DNA from: a virus
Taxonomy: Duplodnaviria; Caudoviricetes
DNA length: 52,636 nucleotides
Strand: one strand, 5' to 3'
Virus record (IMG/VR): IMGVR_UViG_3300025674_000060
Coordinates: 1 to 52,636 of that record
Shown piece after piece: positions 46,085 to 52,636 of this stretch. A model generated the notes under the pieces. The model ran no database searches. It was given only the letters and a program-made list of their open reading frames with translations, and was not told where the DNA came from. Position numbers and translations under genes: made by a program. The stretch's first letter is position 1; every line of letters begins with the position of its first letter.

Positions 46085-46222
46085 ATAGACACTAGAACAC
46101 GTGAAAACTGGCTGAAAGTAAAAGCCGCCCTAGAAGCGGCCGGAAAAACGAACTCGCCGTTCTACAAACGAGCTGTGGCAGTGGCCCAAGGCAAAGAAGA
46201 CCCCGGACCGGACTTCAAATAA
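46085..46222 (+). CDS. Small cyanophage-type protein with an apparent ATA start (absent from the ORF track)
   Basis: (I/M)DTRTRENWLKVKAALEAAGKTNSPFYKRAVAVAQGKEDPGPDFK; no in-frame ATG, GTG or TTG lies between the upstream TAA (46055) and this motif. Confidence 0.55.
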   Translation: MDTRTRENWLKVKAALEAAGKTNSPFYKRAVAVAQGKEDPGPDFK

Positions 46223-46495
46223 TCAAACACCTCGGAAAGCAGCGCCTTTAGGCCATTCGCCTAAATCGAGCAATTCACGTTCAATCGGACCGGGTTGAAT
46301 ACCGCGAGCCCGCTGATTCTGAATAAAACGACGCATGTCCCCGAGGCTCATGCCGGCAGAACCACGCTGGGTCCAAGTTGCGCCTGTATCACCTGCGATG
46401 TCGGCACCAACAGTAGTCGGCACAGTAAAAAGAGTTTCGGTCACAACTGGAATATATTCTTCTAAAAATTCAGAAGGCGAGCGACCGTAAGCCAT
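46223..46495 (-). CDS. Hypothetical protein ending RGV
   Basis: Probable start MAYGRSP at 46495. Confidence 0.5.
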   Translation of the reverse strand: MAYGRSPSEFLEEYIPVVTETLFTVPTTVGADIAGDTGATWTQRGSAGMSLGDMRRFIQNQRARGIQPGPIERELLDLGEWPKGAAFRGV

Positions 46496-46707
46496 GACGC
46501 AAAGACTTTTCCTTACTTTAGCAGCGATAAAACACGATCTAGTTGTTCCAGTGCCGAACAACACCGGCACATATAAACAAATTAGTCAAAAAGTACGTAC
46601 AAAATATCGCCGTACGTATCCACGCGGCCAAATCAGACTCAAAATCACAGTCCGAAGCCCGTTCACCTAGGGCTTTAAACCACAAACGAAGCAATCGAGG
46701 CTTAGAT

Positions 46708-46914
46708 CTAACCCTTCGGGCCGGATTTATATGCCTTTTTTGCGTCACATGCCTCTTCATCTGCCCAAACGCGTGCGCAATAGTCCCGAAAAAGCTGTTT
46801 ACACTCCTCGTCAGACACCCCTAGCGCCTTGGCAGCTGTAGGAACATTCCATTTGGCGCGATAAAGCAACCCAAAAGGATCAACTTCATTCGATTCTAAG
46901 CTCACCATTAGCAT
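46708..46914 (-). CDS. Small Fis-like HTH protein
   Basis: LYRAKWNVPTAAKALGVS. Confidence 0.5.
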   Translation of the reverse strand: MLMVSLESNEVDPFGLLYRAKWNVPTAAKALGVSDEECKQLFRDYCARVWADEEACDAKKAYKSGPKG

Positions 46915-47074
46915 CCCAGCTCATAAAAAGACTCAACCCGTGTCTCTCAGTGCTCGCGTTGAACTTAGCTAAGGTGGTTGGTCCACTTCCGCCGTTCAAT
47001 CTTATAAGTTTTTCGAGCTCACGTACGATCGGCACGTTCTCAGAATCCGGCAACTCCGTAGTCACGCGGCCCAA
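46886..47074 (-). CDS. Hypothetical protein
   Basis: 62-aa ORF with a TTG start. Confidence 0.4.
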   Translation of the reverse strand: MGRVTTELPDSENVPIVRELEKLIRLNGGSGPTTLAKFNASTERHGLSLFMSWDANGELRIE

Positions 47075-47107
47075 CCTTCGAGTTCTATCTACTCTAGGTC
47101 GCTGACC

Positions 47108-47269
47108 TCAAAATACTGATGGTCCTTTATTAAAAGAAGCTGGACGATAGGGGATGCCTCGATAGCACAACCACAGGGTTGCTCGATGCACTAAAGCCCA
47201 CCAATCAAGATGCTCAGCTTGGTGCTCTTCGCGATCGTATGTAGCACCGCGATACGTAATAGTAGTCAC
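47108..47269 (-). CDS. DUF4278-like small protein (absent from the ORF track)
   Basis: MTTITYRGATYDREEHQAEHLDWWALVHRATLWLCYRGIPYRPASFNKGPSVF: two YRGxxY motifs. Confidence 0.7.
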   Translation of the reverse strand: MTTITYRGATYDREEHQAEHLDWWALVHRATLWLCYRGIPYRPASFNKGPSVF

Positions 47270-47290
47270 TACAGTTATGCAACTGTAGTA

Positions 47291-47333
47291 AGTCTAAAGA
47301 ACGTAAAATAGACTACAAAGTTTATTGTGCTAC
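47291..47333 (-). promoter_or_regulatory. Candidate NtcA box(es) and -10 element upstream of the DUF4278-like gene
   Basis: GTA-AAATAGAC-TAC at 47303-47316; a one-mismatch GTT-N8-TAC at 47320-47333; TAGACT on the minus strand at 47291-47296. Confidence 0.5.
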
Positions 47334-47356
47334 AAGATAAATTAAGAAAGTATTAG

Positions 47357-47701
47357 TTATACGCCCCTGATAGGTAGACCCCGCTGGCGCATAATGTCGA
47401 TCAGGTTCAAACCGGGGGCATTTTTCAAGAGATCCTGATGACGACGCTCGTCCATTCGTTTTTCAACGAACTCACGAAACTCGCCTTGAGTTAAAGGAAA
47501 AATAGGATTACCGAATTCGTCAATACCAGCCATCAAACGCTCCCCGACAGCCTGATTCAAAAAAGTCGCAGGATCGATCTGAGGATAAGCGGGACGCCAA
47601 CTGCCACGAGCGCCGGGTTGATCAAAATCTGAAGCACCGATCGGCCGACTGTAAACAGCACCACCTTGAGTGACTGTGTACTCGTTAGGATCCCTGTTCA
47701 C
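47357..47701 (-). CDS. Hypothetical protein ending RGV
   Basis: GTG start; 114 aa. Confidence 0.55.
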   Translation of the reverse strand: MNRDPNEYTVTQGGAVYSRPIGASDFDQPGARGSWRPAYPQIDPATFLNQAVGERLMAGIDEFGNPIFPLTQGEFREFVEKRMDERRHQDLLKNAPGLNLIDIMRQRGLPIRGV

Positions 47702-47725
47702 AGCAACATAGAGTCTGTATCTAGT

Positions 47726-50700
47726 TTAGCGCCCAAATAACAGCTCAGACAAACCGAACTCACCTCGGCGTGGATTAAAACGCTCACGAGCTAAATCAAG
47801 TCGACGTTGAGCCTCGGAACGATTTTGCTGACGTTGCTGTTCGGCACGTTGTGCTTGAGTCAAAGGACGGATCTGCGCAGTTAATGGCTTCGGCTCTACG
47901 CGAGGAGGATTGGGTGTACGGCTAAGGGTTGTGGTATTAGTCCCTAACAATTCAGATAAACCAAATTCGCCTCGGCGGGGATTAAACCGTTCACGAGCTA
48001 AATCGAATCGCCGTTGAGCTTCAGTTCGATTTTGCTGACGCTCCAATTCAGCACGTTGCGCTTGTGTCAAGGGTCGAACCTCCTGAGTTAGCGGCTGCGG
48101 TCCCACACGGGGTGGATTGGCTACGCCGGTACGCGATGCGGTACCCAGCGCCTGACGAAGTTTCGGCACAATACCTTCACCGGTCTCTTGACGAACTACC
48201 TCGTTAAGTGCACGAGCGCCTGCTGTACCGACCATGCCTGCTCCCACGCCGGGGGCTAACACTGGAGCAGCGGCCAAAGCAGCTGAATACCCAGCCGCCT
48301 GCGGCAAACTCTGCACAAACTCGCGTCCCATCTGCTGCACCATCGGCAACGCACCTTCGCGATACCCGGTCTGAATAGCTTCAGGACTAGGGATCAAATC
48401 AGCGACACCAGGCAACAACGCGGAAGGTGTGCGGCGCAGAGCCCGACCGTACTCACGCAAACCTTGCCCCGCCGCCATAACAGGATCCTGCGAATAGTAC
48501 GCTTTGGCAGTCAGAGGCTCTCGTGATTGCGAAACCTGAGCACGCAAAACTTGCGGATCAGACTCAAACCGAGGTCCGACAATTTCAACTCCGCCGGCAA
48601 GAGATCGCGCGGGACGTCCAGGCTGCAGCGGAACAATATTCCCCTCGCTATTCATGTAAAGAAGTTGACTGTCGTTACGACCTAAAGGTCCAAATCCAAC
48701 GGAGCGATAAGCAGCGGCACGGCGGTTGGGGGGCTCGCCGACAAACTGTTGTTCCCGGCGAAGCGTGGAACTTTCAGACGGAGCTTTACCTTGCTCTTCC
48801 CTCAAACGAGCGATGTCGTATGTACGAAGAGGTTGATTCTCCAGCAACATACCTGGCTGCATCTCCTTTAAGACGTTCGCAGAAATAAACTTGTTCATCT
48901 CTTCGAACACAGGAGCCGGAAGTTCCTTAGCCTCCATGTTGTATCCGGACCACCCAGGAGCCAGGGTCGAGAAAGAAACAGAACCTCTGCGCATAACAGG
49001 ATTATCCTGCAAGAATCGCATGACGTTCCTGGACATCTCCTCTCCGCCGAATTCGGAATACAAATTGAATTGATTAGGTGCTGAAGTTACGGACATACGA
49101 ATTCCGTACTCACCAGAGGGGTCGGGCGTGACCTGATTTGTATCTGGATCAAAGCTGAAGCGCATTTCGCGCGGAGCAGAAGCCAGCTGAGGATTTGTAA
49201 TAGAAAGCGGATCAACAGAAGAAGACGCAGGAAGAGATCTCGTAGAACCCTTAATGCGATCAAGAGCGCGTTTGCGCTCGTCTAAATATTTAAGACCCTC
49301 TTGAAGTTCAGCGCCCTCGGCATAACCACCGCCACCAACGACAGGCATTCGGCGAGAAACAGCGGGAGCCGAACCTGCTTGAAGCTCAGGACCGTAGCCC
49401 ATTAAAACAAGACGATCGATAGCTTCCCGTTGTTTAGCGGGTTCTCCGCTCGTGTAGTCCAGCTCAATCTGGGATAAGTAGCTAGGTTGAGCGCCAAGTT
49501 CTTTAAAAGCACGATTGTAAATATCCGAACGTGTTTCAGGTTTAGATATCTCCTGCTCAAGATCTAAATAAGGACGGAGCTTTTCTATGTCACGTTCAAC
49601 TTTAGGAGTAACACTGGCAAGAGGAGCCTGTAAATACGAACCTAGTTCTGGGTACCTTTCGACCAGCTGATTGAGCTCTGTAACTTGTTTTGCATAAGCT
49701 TCTTTTTGAGCTTTGTCTCTAATATCTGCCAGCTCTAAAGAAATCCCAGGAATAGCTTCTTGAACAACCTCCGCACCAGGAGGGTTACGGAACCAGGGAT
49801 CTAACTCAACGACAGGGCGATTTAAAGCAATTAATGTTTGTTCTGCAGAAAGCCCACGTGGCGCTTCTTCGCTCAGATCACGCTGCAGTTGATAAAGCGT
49901 GTTTCGAGAGGGGTCACGAGCGAAGCGCTCCGCTTCCCCCATCAGGTATTCTCGCCGTCCTTCTCCCCGTCCGCGTGTAATAGCCTCTTCTACCTGGGGT
50001 AGAACTGCAGACCCTTCGATAGGGAAGACAGAACCAGCGCCTGAACGCTGAAGCCCGCGAAGATTCTGAAGATCTGTAAGTTGTTGCCGAAGTTCTTCAA
50101 TAGTTCCAGGAAAGTTTTCCCGAACATTTTCTAACCTTGTCAGAACTTGTCGAGCCGCTTCATCACCAAAAGGCAGTCCTGGCTGTGTAGCGCCGTAACC
50201 GAGACGTTCAGTTAAAGGATTAACGGCCCGTACAGCCTGATCGGCAGTGTTCAGCAGAGCAGCACGAGTCGTCAAACCCCTCTCAACAGGAGCAATAATG
50301 TCATCTGCTTCCGCCAGAAGGTCGCCAAGGTTATCGATGTTTTCGCTGTAGTCGATGCCACGCTCGCCTGTGTACTCTTGAAGAAGTTGATTTAGGGCAT
50401 CCGTGGCCGCCCCGCTGTAACTTTCGCCTTGTAAAAATCTCGAATCTCCCGCGTATCGAAGAGTTTCTCGTTCTGCAGGGCTAAGTGCGCCGGACTGAAC
50501 AGCCCGCAAGTACGCAGCTTGAGCGTCATCGCGACTTCCTCCTGGCAGCAGCGAACTCAAGTCGCTGTTTTGAGAAACAAACTCCCGAGCTTTAGGGTTT
50601 TCAGCAGCAAATCGAAAAGCGTTTAAGTTTTCTAAATCAGGGTCAATATCAAACCCTTCGTAAGGAATGTAATCGGGGAAATCCTCGGCACTGACGTTAT

Positions 50701-50875
50701 AACGAGACTCTTCCGGATCCTCATCGGGAAACATATCCTCCAGATCTCGATCTAAATCCCCAGCCTCTAACGCAGCATCAAAAATCTGACGCCGAAGTTG
50801 ACGCTGATCTACGTCGTAATCCCGTTGAAGCTTCCGAGACAGTTCGGGCAGACGCTCAAAACTAGAAGAACTCAC
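47726..50875 (-). CDS. Large hypothetical protein (1049 aa), possibly internal virion protein
   Basis: Long ORF with an acidic N-terminus, an Ala/Gly hydrophobic segment and a duplicated C-terminal module. Confidence 0.7.
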   Translation of the reverse strand: MSSSSFERLPELSRKLQRDYDVDQRQLRRQIFDAALEAGDLDRDLEDMFPDEDPEESRYNVSAEDFPDYIPYEGFDIDPDLENLNAFRFAAENPKAREFVSQNSDLSSLLPGGSRDDAQAAYLRAVQSGALSPAERETLRYAGDSRFLQGESYSGAATDALNQLLQEYTGERGIDYSENIDNLGDLLAEADDIIAPVERGLTTRAALLNTADQAVRAVNPLTERLGYGATQPGLPFGDEAARQVLTRLENVRENFPGTIEELRQQLTDLQNLRGLQRSGAGSVFPIEGSAVLPQVEEAITRGRGEGRREYLMGEAERFARDPSRNTLYQLQRDLSEEAPRGLSAEQTLIALNRPVVELDPWFRNPPGAEVVQEAIPGISLELADIRDKAQKEAYAKQVTELNQLVERYPELGSYLQAPLASVTPKVERDIEKLRPYLDLEQEISKPETRSDIYNRAFKELGAQPSYLSQIELDYTSGEPAKQREAIDRLVLMGYGPELQAGSAPAVSRRMPVVGGGGYAEGAELQEGLKYLDERKRALDRIKGSTRSLPASSSVDPLSITNPQLASAPREMRFSFDPDTNQVTPDPSGEYGIRMSVTSAPNQFNLYSEFGGEEMSRNVMRFLQDNPVMRRGSVSFSTLAPGWSGYNMEAKELPAPVFEEMNKFISANVLKEMQPGMLLENQPLRTYDIARLREEQGKAPSESSTLRREQQFVGEPPNRRAAAYRSVGFGPLGRNDSQLLYMNSEGNIVPLQPGRPARSLAGGVEIVGPRFESDPQVLRAQVSQSREPLTAKAYYSQDPVMAAGQGLREYGRALRRTPSALLPGVADLIPSPEAIQTGYREGALPMVQQMGREFVQSLPQAAGYSAALAAAPVLAPGVGAGMVGTAGARALNEVVRQETGEGIVPKLRQALGTASRTGVANPPRVGPQPLTQEVRPLTQAQRAELERQQNRTEAQRRFDLARERFNPRRGEFGLSELLGTNTTTLSRTPNPPRVEPKPLTAQIRPLTQAQRAEQQRQQNRSEAQRRLDLARERFNPRRGEFGLSELLFGR
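47739..48120 (-). repeat. Tandem duplication (47739-47913 and 47946-48120, period 207 nt)
   Basis: NPPRV..PLT..RPLTQAQRAE..RQQNR.EAQRR.DLARERFNPRRGEFGLSELL occurs twice. Confidence 0.9.
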
Positions 50876-50981
50876 GACGCCCGAAGCAATCCTTTCTATC
50901 CATCATACCAAAATACTTAAATGTAGCAACCTCACAGACCGTGTCGTGTGCTACAGTAGCCCTGCATCACATCAAAAGCAC

Positions 50982-51326
50982 ATGGCTAACGCAATGCTCT
51001 GCATTGAAATCTATAAATTCAATGGAACTTGGTGCTTTACCGACACTGAGAGGGAACTTCTACACGAACCTTTCGTCTTAGGAATCCCAGACATCATCAA
51101 CAGCGCCCTAGAAGAGCAAAAACTGCTCGAAGAAGGCAAAAACTACCGTATTTTGTTCGCTGCTCAAGAGTTTCCTACCTACCACGGGGCGTTGACTCGT
51201 CAAAACGAAGAGATGGGCGGCGCATGGTACTCCTGTAACGAACAAAAAGGCTGGTTGTGTCCCGCGACACTTAAATTCTTCTGTGAGTTCCCTGAAACCA
51301 TCTATTTCAAACTAGAGAAACTCTAA
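50982..51326 (+). CDS. Conserved hypothetical protein (DUF6717-like)
   Basis: IYKFNGTWCFTD..L.HEPFVLG..GGAWY..GWLCPATLKFF..PETIY. Confidence 0.7.
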   Translation: MANAMLCIEIYKFNGTWCFTDTERELLHEPFVLGIPDIINSALEEQKLLEEGKNYRILFAAQEFPTYHGALTRQNEEMGGAWYSCNEQKGWLCPATLKFFCEFPETIYFKLEKL

Positions 51327-51372
51327 AAATCTAGTTTCGCTTAGCATATAGGGGTACTCTGCCTCCCCTTCC

Positions 51373-51615
51373 GTGGCTCGGGAGTGGAATACCCCTGTGC
51401 GTGAACCGTGGAACGGGGTGATCAAAACAGCACTAGACGCTGTTGATCGACATAACGCCCACTACTTTCAATCAAAAGACGCAAGGCACCTCATAGCCGC
51501 CGAACTTTTGCGCACCTACGTCATATATTTAAAAGAATTAGTACTGAGTATTGAAAATACAACAGAAAATAAACTTACGGCGCTTGAAGAGGACCAAAAA
51601 TGCTCCTCAGTGTAG
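51373..51615 (+). CDS. Conserved cyanophage-type hypothetical protein
   Basis: REWNTPVREPWN..AVDRH..LRTYV..LK. Confidence 0.65.
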   Translation: MAREWNTPVREPWNGVIKTALDAVDRHNAHYFQSKDARHLIAAELLRTYVIYLKELVLSIENTTENKLTALEEDQKCSSV

Positions 51616-51796
51616 ATGCGTCATGCTCAAGAACATCATCGTAATCCATGCGCATACGTAATTTGTCCCCTTCGTCCATAATGTAAGGCGCCCCTTCGTT
51701 CATTGTGTACACATTCCTCACGATTCGGGGAGCTAACTGCGCCAGATAATCATTAAGCGCAGCTAAATTGCGAGTGTATTCGTCGCGAGTGAGCAT
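51575..51796 (-). CDS. Hypothetical protein
   Basis: 73-aa ORF. Confidence 0.5.
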   Translation of the reverse strand: MLTRDEYTRNLAALNDYLAQLAPRIVRNVYTMNEGAPYIMDEGDKLRMRMDYDDVLEHDASTLRSIFGPLQAP

Positions 51797-51855
51797 TAGA
51801 TAGATCTACAGCATCAAAAATATTTTAGTCTGTCGCCCACGCGGGCGAATATGTA

Positions 51856-52179
51856 CTATTCATCTTGTGGTGTGCCCTGAAACCACTTGCGTTTGTTAGA
51901 AAACCACTCGGCAAGCGTGGTTGGATCCTGCGCACCCTGTAAATGATCGGTCGGGTCGGGGTCACCTAGATCCATATTCTGCATAAATTCGTCCAAACTG
52001 CCCGGCGGCATCTCTCCGTTGATCGCTTCGCGACGTGCACGACGCAGCATAGCCTCTACAGAGTGGTTCCTATTTGCCCATTTCTGGATCCACTGCATGT
52101 CGCTCAGCTGAACTTCCTCGCACTTGGCGATGCGCTTGCAAATAAATTCAGCTTTGAGGCGTACCTGAGTCGACAGCAT
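51856..52179 (-). CDS. Conserved picocyanobacterial/cyanophage-type hypothetical protein
   Basis: MLSTQVRL..ICKRIA..EVQLSDMQW..ARR..LDEFM..DLGDPDP. Confidence 0.7.
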   Translation of the reverse strand: MLSTQVRLKAEFICKRIAKCEEVQLSDMQWIQKWANRNHSVEAMLRRARREAINGEMPPGSLDEFMQNMDLGDPDPTDHLQGAQDPTTLAEWFSNKRKWFQGTPQDE

Positions 52180-52199
52180 ACGAAAGACCTCATTTGTAT

Positions 52200-52636
52200 C
52201 AGTCTAGACACATAAGACAAATCGCATTTGCAGTAAAAAGTACCTTATTAAAGTGCCTGTATATTGATACTCAAAACTTTTACCCTCAATTTTCCAGCAA
52301 GATTATTTTTGGGTTCTCGCCGGGGGCGACGTGTAACGCGCATATTTAAAAAAAAGGGGCAGGTTGCGGGCAGGCACGCGCGGGTACCGGGCAGGAGTTT
52401 GTATAAACAATCAATTAACGATTGCTATGTATTACAAACTCTTACTCTTGTTCTATTCTTTTAGCTACAGGGGGCAGGGTGCCCTCTTTAATTAAAGAGA
52501 ATTCAGATCGTGAAGCCGCTTGACAGAAGGTGCGACGTGGTGCTAGCGCGTGCGCCCGCGCGCTTTCAATTAGCTACAGATCAGACCTTGCGAACCCTGC
52601 GCCTGGCCATAAGCAGCGCTTATGGTGCAAAGGCTT
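52200..52636. other. Non-coding region with short repeats and a candidate plus-strand promoter
   Basis: GGGCAGG x4, TAGCTACAG x2, and TTGACA at 52520-52525. Confidence 0.4.

Noticed and set aside
47739-48120. Repeat considered as a CRISPR array or DGR template/variable pair
   Set aside because: There are only two in-frame coding copies, the differences are not adenine-specific, and no reverse transcriptase or cas gene is present in the window.
1-52636. Stop-codon reassignment
   Set aside because: Genes are full length in the standard code, all three stop codons are used, and no suppressor tRNA is seen.

Overview
This 52.6-kb window is part of a tailed dsDNA phage genome, most likely a freshwater picocyanobacterial phage. 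It resembles the S-EIV1-type lineage, which is an inference from gene content and recall, not from a search. Most of the minus strand is a virion module: tail fibre and tail proteins (1-9.9 kb), a lytic transglycosylase/peptidase, neck and internal proteins, a decoration protein, major capsid, scaffold, portal, large terminase and putative ejection proteins. Plus-strand islands carry HTH regulators, a Dam-like protein, Dps, a glycosyltransferase, a glycosidase-like propeller and methyltransferases. The window also holds an intronless tRNA-Leu(UAA), a dCMP deaminase and many small cyanophage-type ORFs, several missing from the ORF track. The main leads are: (1) a glycan-modification kit (four GT-like genes, one glycosidase-like, two O-methyltransferase-like) woven into the head/packaging genes, together with Ser-Gly enrichment in outer virion proteins, suggesting a virion O-glycosylation system with an SG sequon; (2) a 509-nt same-strand overlap of portal and scaffold; (3) nitrogen/stress host-takeover genes, namely an NblA-like gene, Dps, and a DUF4278 gene with an NtcA box over its promoter; (4) a structured RNA with its own promoter at 12.3 kb. 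All family calls come from motif recognition by eye, and counts are by hand.
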